64,000 nt of DNA from Bilabrum cf. latius (taxonomy: Eukaryota): NCBI GenBank assembly GCA_965178125.1, contig OZ237748.1:434001-498000 (forward strand), in the 5' to 3' direction. Both the position numbers and the translations under genes were made by a program. The notes beneath the pieces are model-generated. The model was given only the letters and a program-made list of their open reading frames with translations. It was not told the origin of the DNA and ran no database searches. Position 1 is the stretch's first letter. The number at the start of each line of letters is the position of its first letter. Positions 23,941 to 36,336 of the stretch are shown here, one piece after another.

Positions 23941-26900
23941 ATGTGAGAAAGTTTGTGTCTTCATTTTAGTACTGGTGCAACTTGTTGAGGCTGATACCGC
24001 TCCGTAGATCTAGCAGCTGTTGTATCCTAGTTATCTACTGTGCGTTGAGATGTCCTCGTGTATTCAATCCACATGAGTCTGCTTAACATGATACATTTAA
24101 TATTAAGGTTAATCATCCAAAATTACAGGGGAGACGCACTTCGATCAGCAGCCAGATATGGCAAGGTGGATGACCTGAGGGCCTGCCTGGATTCAGGAAC
24201 GGACATCGAATCCAAAGATGGCGTGAGATTGAGTACTACTTGTCGAGCTGTTGGATTCCTTCTTGAATTGATGTTAATGTGATGGGAAGAAGGTTTGCGT
24301 ACAGGCTGTCAAGGAGCTCACCATGGGTGGGATAACGATCCACCTTTGGAGCGAAGCAGACCTGATGTATGTGTAGTGTCACTGCTGCTTAGCGTACTTG
24401 ACAGGGGCATGCACCTCTCGTTCTGCTTGCTCTCCGCGCCTGGCCATCAGCGGATCCTAACCCCCCGCCACCAGGTTGCTCCCTTCCATCGGGGTCCGCC
24501 TGCCATCCACGGCTACCTACCAACGGCTACATCTTTCTTTGGTGCACCGCAGGATGGTAGGACAGCTGCATGGTGGGCTGCATGCAACGGCGAGACGGAC
24601 TGCCTGTAGCTGCTCATCGAGAGGGGCGCCAACGTGAACGCTGCCTTCAACGTGAGAGAGATAGACTGCTTGCACCACAGGGCGAGTTATAGGAGGTACC
24701 TGGGATATTTGATTTCGTTTGACAGCTCATCATACTGTTTGTGTTGGTTGCGGTGGCTAGCATGGCATCTGAATGGCTCCTCGTCGGTTGAGCCGGGCCC
24801 ACGATCAATTGCTTCCCGATGACTGATGAAGTCTCAAAATACCGCGCAATTTATTCATGCTGTCTTGTGGATGCGGTTGATTGTATGTTAGTATTTTTTT
24901 TCCTTTTTATGTCTTCAAGTATTGGTGCGAGGTAGTTTTGCCATCGCTAAGCCCCGCCCGGCTGGCCCACATGGCTCCCGTGCTGAGTGGGGCAGGTGAG
25001 TGGTGGCTTGCGGGATGAGGATTCACCCGAATTGTGTCTGGGTTTTCGAATCGAATATCTGCAGATTGATAGACTTGGCGTACTAGCTATATTTAAGTTT
25101 GGTTTTCGATCGATGACAGCTCTCCGGGGGAGGATAGGACTGGCATATGTGACGAGCATTCAGCTCTATTCTTATTGCCTGGCTGGCGCCTCCATTGGGC
25201 AGAGTTCAATAAGTTTGTATTGCTCAGTAGATACATAGTATGACATGGATGCAATACAGCTGGTTCATTTGTCTTGCCCAAACACCCTGCTCCCCTCCCC
25301 CCCAGCCCCTGGCTTCATCCCTCCGCTGCAGTATGGCCACACACCTGTTCATATGGCATCCTGGATGGGGCACGATGATTGCCTGAGGATTCTCATTGAA
25401 AATGGGGGGAACGTCAACGCAGTGGATATAGTGAGAGGTAGAACTATGTTGAAGGAGAGTATATATATATGTGTGCCTGTGTGCTTGTGTGCTGGATGGG
25501 TGTGTGTGTCTGTCCGGCTTGGGATTGCCCGCTCCCGGGTCCGAGACCCGCTGGCAGGTCTCTTCGCGGTGCTTCCGCTGCGTTGATGGATTGGGGGTGG
25601 TGCTAGTGCGCGTATCTTTGGCTGTAGGTATGGTATCATGGTTTGGACCCATCGGCGTGATTTTTGCGGTGCAACCCTGCGATCGGATTCGAATCGAAAT
25701 CCGAATGGTCCCAACGTACCGCTGTTTGGGAGCTATAGGTCGCAATGACAAGGTTCGGAGAGTGTTATTCTTATCAAGATGTGGATGGAGTTATATGTCA
25801 AGTCGCGTATCGACGGATTGGCCGGTTCTGGAAGGAAAAAACTGCGCTCGCCTGGCCAAGCCTTGGCTGGTGGTCGATGGTCCATTCGATTCTCAAGCGG
25901 GGAGCGTTTGGCTTTGTTTGCGGGTCTGATAGTTTTGATTAAAGTGTGTTTCGTCCTTTCGGCATGTTGTTGGAGGCGGGGGGCCATATCTAGCCGAGTA
26001 GATCCTCCTACTGTGGTTCCTAGCGTGGCCGTCTGTAGCGTGTGTTTGGCGATGAAGCGATGCTTGATGCAGTATTTGGATTTGTTGATTGGCATTTCTG
26101 ATGAGTCGAAGTTTTCTGGGTCAGAAAGATGGTGCAATTGATGCTTGGCGGGTCTTGGACTGTGTGTCTGAACGGCTCTGTCTGGTTCGTTCTGGTGAAG
26201 CTTCGCTGGCATCGGATCACCCAAGATCGTGATTTTGGTCTGCTTGGCAATACAAATGAATCTGCTTGGTTGGTTTGGATCCTGTATCAATACACTCTGT
26301 ATGCGTGGAGCTCGCTGCTTGTGTTGATTTGCTCGTAAGGTTCCTGATGGCATAGCTGCGCTAGGCATGCGATGGGTCGATGGCACGTATCGATGGGACA
26401 TGAAAGTCTGCTTGGACGTAATACAGAAGCATATGATCAAGCATTTGTTTGGTATACTTCCTGGCGTACAGCGCGACTGGATGCTGTGTGTATAGTATCC
26501 TGCAGTCTGACCATCACGGCAGCTAAACTATATGGAGGCGGCCAATGTCGATCGGTACTGCCTGGTCTGGAGCCGTAAAGGATTCAAAGCAATGAATGTT
26601 TTTTTGTGTATTGCACGAATGTATGTGGATTGCTTGGATTATGATTCATGATCTCAGCGGCGATCAAGGCGGCTACCGCCCGTCCCCCCAGAGGGCCCCT
26701 CGGCTATCTCAGCTCCAAGGCGGATTCAGAAGCCGGGACCAGTCCCTGTCGTGATGGAATGGTTTAATTGGAAGATTGATACATGTTTGGATTGGTTTTG
26801 ATTATATTGATTTTTTCCCGAGAGCGGGAATCGACCCGGGGACTGCGCCCGTAGGGCCCAGAGCGACTCCCACCAGTCCGTCCCATACCCCCCCCCCCCC

Positions 26901-28055
26901 CCCCCCCGTCCTGCCCACACATCTTCACCTTACGCAAGCACACTCCTTGCTCCCCTCCACCCCCTGGCTTTCATTCCCCACCCCTCCACCGCAGGATGGC
27001 TCCACACCCGTTCATTTGACATCCGCGAATGAGAAGAAGGTCTGCCTGGGAATGTTGATTGAAAATGGGGGAGACGAGAATGCAGTGGATACGGTGAGGG
27101 AGAGAAATATATGTTGAAGGAGAGTATATATATGTGTGTGCTTGTGTGCTGGATGGGTGTGTGTGTCTGTCCGGCTTGGGATTGCCCGGAGATTGCAATG
27201 GATTCAAGGCAATGTATGTGTTTTAGGTGTTGTACGGATGCATTTGGATTGGTTGAATAGCCATTGGGGGTTGTTCCGCAGTCCACATGGCACTACCTCT
27301 CTGTCTTTGCTCGCTTCCGGACCACTGCCACACCACGCCTTGCACATCGGGGGAAGTGATATTGCATGGATTCAAGCTCTGGAAGGTCGATCGGCCGGGC
27401 AATTGCCTGAGATATTTCATGTTGGCCCATGACCATACAGAAACCTCCGATTTCCCCGCAGAATGGAGACACCCCCCTTCACAATGCAGCGTACTGGGGT
27501 TGCACCGCCTGTGCCACCATCCTCATGGAGGCAGGGGCCCGCAGGGACATCAAGAACAACGTGAGCTTCCACAGCTGTATCGCAACAGCACTTGATTCCC
27601 ACATGTCCATCATGCGACCCGATGAATCGAAGGACACTCCCACGCACGAATTCACTCTCCGTGCATCTTTGACCCCACGACCCCTCCTCTCTCCCTGGCT
27701 TTATTTGATCGAGCAGAGAGGCGAGACTCCCACCAAAGTGGCAGACTCTCAAGGCAAGTCTGAAACCGCTGCCACCATCAAGTATTTCATCCCTTCGCAG
27801 ATTCGAAGAGCAATCTGCTGGAGGAGGGCAGTGGAGGCCAAGAGGGACGCATCGATGGTGTTCCAGGCGGCGAGTGAGGGCAGGCCCATGGAGCTGGCCA
27901 GGAGGCTGAGGCTAGGCAAGCTGGCCGGCGGGTCGGAGATCAAGGGAACTGTGACACTTGGTGATGGTAGCTCTAGACATGTACTTCCACTGGAGGCAGC
28001 CAGGTTGGGTGGGCACGACGATTGCGTGAAGTTGCTGCAGGAGGCATAGGGATGA
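23941..28055 (+). CDS. Ankyrin-repeat gene, copy D; exons 23941-23942, 24129-24222, 24553-24651, 25332-25430, 26995-27093, 27462-27560, 27717-28055
   Basis: All exons are GT-AG bounded and in frame. There are two exon-4 variants (YGHTPVHMASWMGHDDCL; DGSTPVHLTSANEKKVCL), an in-frame TAG in exon 3 (DCL*LLIE), and the gene ends EA(Q)G-TGA. Confidence 0.88.
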
Positions 28056-28251
28056 GGTCTAGGTTGGCGCTTCCGCTGGATGCAGCCAGGCTGGGTGGGC
28101 ACGACGATTGCGTGAATCTGCTGCAGGAGGCCTAGGGATAAGGTCTAGACTGGTGCTTCCACTGGAGGCAGCCAGGCTGGGTGGGCACGATGATTGCATG
28201 AAGTTGCTGCCGGAGGCCTAGGGATGAGGTCTTGGCTGGTGCTTCCACTGG
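27972..28251 (+). repeat. 86-bp tandem duplication of the ankyrin gene's final codons (also at 1175-1357, 5611-5793, 36253-36432)
   Basis: TCTAGGCTGGTGCTTCCACTG...GGCCTAGGGATGAGG unit starts at 27972, 28058, 28144 and 28230; also 1175/1261/1347, 5611/5697/5783 and 36253/36339. Confidence 0.92.
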
Positions 28252-29063
28252 TGCACCTTTCCAATCGTCTGCATGTGCTGGATCGCCTCGAGTGCCTGCA
28301 GCAGCCACAGCGCCGCCTCCCTAGGCCCCGTGCATGGCACGTTCCCTGCAGCCGATCGCAGGCTCGTGGGGTACAGGGGCATGGCCAGCCATGTGGTGCG
28401 CCCCACGATCTGTCCTGCCTCCATGAACACAGGGCCCACCCAGGGCAGCAGCAGCATGGAGGACCCGAAGAACGCGTGCCTTACTGGAACGATGTTCTTA
28501 TGCCCCCCAATGATCTGCGGCACCCTCCACTCCTCACGATGTAGAGCCATCAATCGACTCGTTGCGTGCGAATCGCCTTGGGCCTAGGGAAGCAGCCCTT
28601 TCAGCGCCAGCCGCACAGGCGATCAATCCCCAGACCCAGCCCCCCCTTCTGCCCCTGCCCCGCCAGCGCCCCTCGCCCCCCGCCGTGCTACTTCCACCGC
28701 GAACACGAAGCCGTTGACTCCTTGACTTGCCCCCTGCTTGCCCTCTGGCAGGTTAAGCGGAGGGATGCGCCCGGCCTCGATCGCGGCCATCGAGGCAGAG
28801 TCGGGCAGTTGGCAGGCAGCAAAGACAGACGCGCGGCCGGGGCGCCGCTTGGCCGGCCCTGCCTCTATCACTCGACCTTGCCCGCCGATGAGTCTAATTT
28901 CCAGGTCTTCGGGCGGCAGCACCATCCTGAGATCCAGAAAGCCGCCCTGTCCTGTGTCGTAATGCAGCCGCCCGTGCAGATGCCCGAACCAGTCCCGGCC
29001 CCCAACTCCACGTCTTGCAGCGCAGACTGGTGCCGGCCCATGCTCAGAGCCAGCTGCCTCCAC
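28252..29063 (-). pseudogene. Truncated Ser/Thr protein kinase N-lobe, PINK1-like
   Basis: One frame gives SQGVNGFVFAV (Gly loop) ... RLALKGLLP (VAIK-type Lys) ... HREEW (alphaC Glu) ... HKNIVPVRHAF ... GRTTWLAMPLYPTSLR ... LLQALEAIQHMQTIGKVH. It has an in-frame TGA at 28623 and breaks off just before the HRD Asp, at the junction with the 86-bp repeats. Confidence 0.65.
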
Positions 29064-29264
29064 ACGGCCTCGCCCGCCGCCCCCTCGCCAAGCCCCAGCC
29101 GGGCCCGCAGCACTGCCTCAATAGCCGCAGGATCGTCCCCCACGTCCTCCACTGGACATGGCTGTAGACTCTGTGGGGGGGATCTGATATTTTGTGGACT
29201 CAACTCAAAAGCGCACGCTATCACGAAGAAACATCTGGAACGAGGGCCCGGGACCTACCAGACT

Positions 29265-32200
29265 TCACGCTTCAGCTGCAATGGCCTAAACCACCTAAGC
29301 TCCACCCTGGGGACCCATTTCCCCATGGAGAGCGTCAGCATTCACGTTCCCTCCGGCGCCCGCTGCCGGCACCCCGTCCTGCTGCCCGTTCTGAGCCAAC
29401 CCTGCCTTGACGTTGGCGATCGCCACGGCGAGGTTGTTGTTTTCGGCTGCCCCTACAGCCAGGCTGGCAAAGTCCTCTCGGATCGCCCTTGCGAGCGCCC
29501 GTTTGGCCTTCGCTGCAGCCCTCCTCGATCCCTTCGAGACAAAATCGAGGATCCTTGAGTGGTCCTGCATGACCCGTGAGTACATAGTGTGGTACACACG
29601 CTGTTCCCCGCGCACGTGCTGGTGCTAGGCGGCACCAGAGAGGCGAGCCTTTGCCACGGAAGACCACGAGAGGCGCGCGTTGGCCGGACGAGTCGGAACC
29701 CGCCGCCCTTTGTCCTCCTGCCTCTTCTTCCGCAGCTTATCGAGCACCTACAGGAACTCGACCGACTTCTCCCCGATCCCCCCCAACACGTCCACCACAA
29801 AGGGTACGACCCGCACGCCACTGCGTACCGCCCCTTTCTGCGTCCTCACGGTCCCAGGACACCACTTGTCTTCTCCTCCGATCCGGACGCCGAGCGCTCC
29901 GAGGTCGACGGGCCTGCCGTAGCTGGCCAGCTTCGTGGCATGCGCGGCCCGCAGAGCAGACCCCTCTTGCCAGTCGCTGCCAATCCTCCACGACGAGCGG
30001 TCCCACCGGTAAGTTGCCGCAGTGGAATCAACCACCGTGACATCGATGAGATAAGCCGTCCCCTCGTGCTCAAAGAATAGGTCGCCTCGTGGCACGAGCG
30101 GACCGCGCCGACCCGGCAGCCGGGCCACTTGGCCCTCTGGCTCCCGGATAGGGCGTCTGCCCGTGGCCTCGCGGACCACCTGCTCGAGCACGTTGAGCAC
30201 CCGGAAGTGCCTGCGGCCTGGAAGGCCTCCGCAGACACGCTTGTCCTTGCACGTGGCACCGTGGCGAACTGACTAGATCAGTTCGACTACCTTGCCCTGC
30301 TTCCGGCACCCCGGGCAGATCTGCGTGACGCGCCACGCCTCCCCACATGCACCGTGCGTTGCCCCAAGAGGTTGTGGGGGACAGCTGCACGGCTGTGGGA
30401 TGGCGAGGCGCTGGCAGAACATGCCCCGGGCATCTTCAGGCTGGACTCGGCTCAGGACAGAGAGCGGCGCATGCAGCCAAGACCCGGCTCCTTGGGACCT
30501 GGCGGCGCGGATTGTGGCTCGCGCCACTCCTGCGTACTCTCTGGTGACTGCATCGACTGGAGCGAGTCTGTCGTGCGCAAGCGGAGATGAGGCATCCCAG
30601 AGGAGCCTCTCCACCTGCACTCGCTCAGCCAGTGCCGTCACATGGCTCTGGTTGTGCCCTCCTGCGGCACCTTCGAGAAAACGAATAACCGCCTGCGATG
30701 CGGTGGGTGCCGGCTGCTCCCCAGCCAGCTGCCTCGTCACCCATGCCCGAAGGTCCTTCACCTCCAGGCGCCAGGGTTCAGTGGCCCCACCGCACAGCTC
30801 CATACGGGCTGCCTTCTCGGCTGGGCTGCCCAGGAGTTCCGAAGTGCGGGCTGTGTCCCACACCATACCATAGCGTGGGGGGACGTCAGCCTCCGGAACA
30901 AGTGGAAGCAACGGACTCGGGAAACCAGCCATCCCGAAATTGTCTTGCTTCCCCTCTTGTACGAGTCTCCCGTACTTCGAGATTGCGGTCATCACAGTGT
31001 CCACAAGGGAGTTCAGGCGCGCGGTGCGCCCTCGCAGTGGGTTCAGCAGAGGGGGTGCCTCCCCGGCACCTGCCGCCGCACCTTCCCCGACCTCCTCCGC
31101 CGGGTCCCACTGGTTGAGCGCCACCTGCAGGTGTGGCAGGTTGAAGTCGCGTGCTACCCTCGCCAACCAGGGCCACACATCCAACAACCCCCCGACGCAC
31201 ATTGCCTCCCGGGTTAAATCGGCAGGCACGAGCCCCACTCCGAGGCCCCCACGGGCAACGGATAGCGGACCCAGCACGTCCAACACCTGTCTCTGGGCCT
31301 GCGAGAGAGCGCTTACACGCATCCCTGTCAGGAACTCCAGAAACGCTCCCTACACCTCCTTCAAATGGGGTGTCACCCCGTCCTTGAGCTCGGGCAAGAG
31401 GCACCCGCTCCTGTGCACGTGCGTCCACGCCGGCACAACGCACCGGGCAAACAGTGCGCGCGCACTGATTGGGTCCAGGTAGGCCAGGCGAAAAGCCTGA
31501 ACCACCGTCTCTTCCAAGCGTCCCTTCAAGACTTGTTCGGCCACTCCGACGTCGGTCCCTACCGGGACGCCCAGGATCCTCAGCCCATGCTCGTGGACCA
31601 CTCCTTCGAGCCTATCCTCCTGGTCTGGCGCCAATAGGTGGACCAGGCGCTAATAGGTGGCTCGGGAGGGGGAGAAGAACGACGTTTTCTTCTAGTTGAG
31701 GGAGAGGCCGACGTCCCCCAACTTCCCCTCCAACGTGGCGATGGCTGCCCTGACATTATCTAGCTCCCCCAACAGGAACACGTCGTCAAGGTACGCTACT
31801 AGGTACACATCCATGTGGGCAATCTTTGTCGCTTTCAGAGCGCCCTAAATGGCTGCGCAGAACAGCGCTGGAGACAATGGCGACCCCTACAGCACCCCCT
31901 CCAGGTTCTGCACAAGCTCTGTTCCATCCTCGCCAGACACAACACCATGTACTGCGTGCTGCAGACACTGGTGCACGTAAGTGCCCAGTCCGGTGGACAG
32001 CGACGCCAAAGCTTGCAAGGTCGCCTTCCGATGGATGGAGCCATATGCATCCGAGGCATCCAGCGCAGCGACCACCCACTCAGGGTTAGCGCTGAGAAGA
32101 GCCTGGATCGTTGCAATGGCTCCGTCCATCCCGCACTTGAGCCCCGCCCCCATCTGGTGTGGGGCGCAAGCTCGCTACACCTTCGGCAGCAATTCGGGCC

Positions 32201-33635
32201 GAAGGGCTCGGCTCACAAATGTATGCCACTGAGGCTGGATTGCGATGACCCTGAACTCCGAGCCCCCCTCCCCTTTCGGGATTGGGACCCCTCGAAACAG
32301 GCCCAGGCACGCGAATAGGCACGGCGGCAGGGCTCCCTCAACCATGGACTAGCAGAAGGCATGGAAGTCGTCATAAAGCCGCTTCACATCTGCTCCCTCC
32401 CCGGTCAGCAAGGTTTTCAGCACCTCTCTCGTCACACCAAAAGCATCTGGCGCCTTGAGTCGCAGGGCCTTCTAGACCTCCTCCCCTAGTCTAGCCCCCG
32501 ACAGCTCCACCACATGCTCGCGCGCGTCTCCTCCAGTTCCCCCTCGTCGGCCTCTTCGCACCGGGCGTGTCCAGCGGAACCTGGGGATCGGCTGGGACCG
32601 CTTGGTGCGAAACTTCCCCTACACCTTCGCCTGCATTTCGGCTGCCGTGCCCCTAGCGTGGGGCCTAGCAGCCAACCGCGACATGGCCTTACGGTAGTCC
32701 CCGATCGACAAAAACCGGAGGCAACTGCGTACTGCCTTGCGCGAAGGGGGGGAAGGAAGTCCCTTGCCACTGACGCTGGAAAGGATACCCCCCAACTTCT
32801 CCACAATCCTCCCGCGGGCTGCGAGAGACTCGGGATCATCAGATGGGGAGCTCCCACTCTTTCGGTCTACCACGGCTCCGCCAGCTATGGCTTCCTACTC
32901 AGCGGCAGCTTCGCGCGGGACACGAGAATCCGACGGCCGGCGACACAGCAAAACAAACACTTTCAGCTTATGTAAAGCCTACAGCGTGAGCTTCTCCTCC
33001 AGTTCTTTGCCTTTACCAGAATCGTTGGTCCAGGCGGAGGATACATTCATAGTCTCCTTCAGGAAGAGAGAAAGGGCGGTTCGTGCCTCCTTTTTCTAAT
33101 CTAGATTCATACTACGAAGCGCTGTCTCGCGTTCGGGCCAGAACGCACACTCAAGGATCAGCTTGCGAACGTCGTCGGGCAGTGGCACTGCCTCCAACTC
33201 AGCCGCCTAATGCTCCGCAGGAACCCCCGCTCCGGCCCCGCCGGCAACTTGTGGGACCGCATGTGGAACATTTGCTTCACCCTGATCTGCATCTTCTTCA
33301 GCTGCGGCGACTGCGGCATTATCTGCCCCCGGCGCCGCCTCAGCAACCACGATTGCTGCACCTCCGACCGCCGCCTCACCCACAGGCTAGGGAGGCTAAG
33401 CGTGACCGAAGTGCTAGCGTCCAATGACTCCGTCGGAATCAGAATCATTGGAATCGGGGGGGTTGGGGACTCCTGGTCCGGTCTAAGCGGCGCTGGCAGC
33501 ACCGTCAGAATCCTTGGCAAGTAACCTTCCCAAGGCGAATCTTTGCGCGACTCCCACACCCATTCTGGGCATCTTACCCTTACCGGCAACACGCCCTGAA
33601 CGTAGGACGATCTGACCCCCCCCGGGGTCATCCAT
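29265..33635 (-). CDS. Non-LTR retrotransposon ORF (about 1456 aa with TAG read through): reverse transcriptase + Zn knuckle + restriction-like endonuclease, CRE/R2 group
   Basis: Single frame from ATG 33635 to TGA 29265, with only TAG interruptions. Motifs: KAPDAFG, IPKG..FRVIAI, HQMGAG..GMD, ALDASDAYGSIHR, GVL(Q)GSPLSPALF, AYLDDVFL, ILGVPVG, RGGLG, C-rich knuckle, RGDL..YLIDVTV..KLASY..VPFVVDVLG. Confidence 0.9.
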
Positions 33636-33725
33636 TTCCCAAGGAGATTTTTTGTAGACTCTGTGATACAGTATTGAAAGGTGCTATTTGAACTCCACCA
33701 CTGGACCACCAGCCCATTGGCCATT
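29265..33725 (-). mobile_element. RLE-type (CRE-like) non-LTR retrotransposon; termini not resolved
   Basis: Defined by the ORF above. No poly(A) tail or TSD was recognised. Confidence 0.8.
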
Positions 33726-33883
33726 TTACAACCTGCTTGGAACGCACTGGGCTGATTAGGGTATTATGTTGTAATGTAAGACAAACATGTGTATTTGGTG
33801 CCATTATTTGATTATTGGTACAGCATGTTGATTCTGAGAACGATGCTTAGAAGGACGCTGTTGCGTTTTGAACGCCGCCAACG

Positions 33884-36336
33884 ATGTGAGTGACGCGATT
33901 AAAATATTGAATGATCTACCTTTGAAACTCACAGGGAAGATGCACTTAGAAAAGCAGCCATATATGGCAAGGTGGACGACCTGATGGCATGCCTTGATTC
34001 GGGAACGGACATCGAATCCAAAGATAGCGTGAGATTGAGTACGACTGGTCGGGCTTTATGGATATTCTTTTGTTAATTGATGATATTTAGACTCGAAGGT
34101 CAATATAGCGACTGCCACAAAGTTTGCCGGCGGTCTGGTAACGATCGCCATTGGGGCAAGGCAGACGTGATGCCCGCCATCGATTCATTGGCGAGCCAGA
34201 GAGAAGGACAATTCAGGGCAGCATTTGTGAAGTGCAAAGTCGGCATGCGTACATGTCAGTAAAACGCACCTCTTGCATTGCTTGCTCTCTGCGCCTGGTC
34301 ACTACTATTAGCGGATCCCGGCCTTGACATTGCTCTCTTCCCTCGGCTACCTACCAACGGTTTCATTTTTTCTGTAGTACATCGCAGGATGGTTGGACAG
34401 CAGCATGGTGGGCTGTGTACAACGGCAACAAGGAGTGCCTGAAGCTGCTCATCGAGAGGGGCGCCGACGTGAACCCTGCCGACAGCGTGAGAGAGAGAGA
34501 GGCTACCAGGGGTTTCATGGCATCTGTTATAATAAAAAAAGGCTCTGGATCGATTATAGCCTACCGGCGGAGAACAGCAGGGGGTTGCATGACGAATATT
34601 CAGCTTGATCTGTCCTCGACTACCTCGGCATTGAGGCATATGCAGAGGCTGGCACCGGTCCCGATCGGGATGAAATATCTTGATATGGAGATTGGTATAT
34701 GTATGTTTAGATCCTGATTTTGATGATCTTGTCGATCAAGCGGGAATCCACCCGAGGACTACGCCCTAGTGGCCCATAGCGACTCCCATTGGTCCAAGTT
34801 AATGGGCCCCTCACACGCCGAGCACTTGCACCATACCCACACATATCCGCAACCACTTCTTACGCAAGCACATGCCTTGCTAATCTCACTCCTTATCTCC
34901 CATATCCTCATCGCAGAATTGCCAAACCCCTGTTCAATTGGCATCCATGAGAGGGCACAAGGATTGTCTGCGGTTGCTGCTTGAAAACGGGGGGGACGTG
35001 AATGCGGTGGATGATGTAAGAAATACATATAGAGGGAGAGGTTGGTCTTGCGTATGAATGTTTGTGTTGGATGGCTGTATGTGTCTGTTCGGCTTCGGAT
35101 TTGGTGATTTCATTCTGAAGCGGTCCTCTCTTTTGGAGCGGCTCGTTTGATTTTAAGTAGTAAATATTGAACTAATGTTATGCTTTTCGTGGCAGGGAGT
35201 TGTTTGCAGTCGAGTTGATCCTACCGATGCTCTGTGATGTACTTCAGTGGCAGTGCAGCCGTGATTGATCAACAATTGGGTCATATGCTTCCAATTGTGT
35301 GTGGCAGTGGTTTTGTCACTTGACAAACCCGCTCAGCGCCTGGGTTGTAGCCACCCGCTTGGGCCTCGGTCTGCTGACTGCGCCAGCGCAATCTTTAGTG
35401 GTGACGTTGCATGGATTCAAATTCCCAAATATAGCTTGGTTGCCTTAAAAATTATTCAAGAGAAATATGTTGGCTCATGAACTTTCAGTACCATACGATC
35501 CACACGCAGCATGGAGACACTCCCCTTCACAGGGCAGCGTACTATGGCAAGGCCGCCTGCACCACCATCCTCATGAAGGCAGGGGCTCGAATTGACATCA
35601 AGAACTACGTGAGCTTGTACATCGGTGGCAATTATATAGCATGGATTCAAACTCTCACACACGGATTGGTCGAGCAATTATATGAGATGACCAACTTGCC
35701 TCATTAGTTTTCAGTGGATCTATCCTCCGATTCCCCCGCAGTACGGAGACACCCCCCTCCACAGGGCAGCATTCTGGGGCCACATCACCTGCGCCACCAT
35801 CCTCATGGAGGCAGGGGCCCGCAGGGACATCAAGAACAACGTGAGTTTCCACAGCTGTATCGCAACAGCACTTGATTCCCACATGTCCAGCATGCTGCCC
35901 GATGAATCAAAGGACACTCCCACTCACGAATCCACCCCCGGTGCATCCCCGATACCTTGAACCGTCCTCTATTCCTTTTGCTTCTTGGATCGAGTAGGCT
36001 GGCAAGACTCCAGCGGAGCTTGCAGACGCGAGGGGCAACACCAAAACCGCCGCTGCCATTCGATCGTTCATTCCATCACGACTCCATAGAGCCCTGTGCT
36101 GGAGGCGGGTAGTGGAGGCCAAGAGGGACGCTGGGATGGTGTTCCAGGCGGCGAGTGAGGGCAGGCCCATGGAGCTGGCCAGGAGGCTGAAGCTGGGCAA
36201 GCTGGCCGGCGGGTTGGAGATCAAGGGAACTGTGACACTTGGTGATGGTAGCTCTAGACTGGTGCCTCCACTGGAGGCAGCCAGGCTGGGTGGGCACGAC
36301 GATTGCGTGAAGCTGCTGCAGGAGGCCTAGGGATAA
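33884..36336 (+). CDS. Ankyrin-repeat gene, copy E (most diverged introns); exons 33884-33885, 33935-34028, 34388-34486, 34917-35015, 35510-35608, 35742-35840, 35998-36336
   Basis: M-EDALRKAAIYGK.../DGWTAAWWAVYNGNKECL.../NCQTPVQLASMRGHKDCL.../HGDTPLHRAAYYGKAACT.../YGDTPLHRAAFWGHITCA.../AGKTPAELA...EA(Q)G-TAA. Exon 5 is duplicated here rather than exon 4. Confidence 0.88.

Noticed and set aside
667-36336. Diversity-generating retroelement driving ankyrin variation via the nearby RT
   Set aside because: The RT is of the non-LTR RLE type, no template/variable repeat pair is seen, and substitutions are not adenine-specific.
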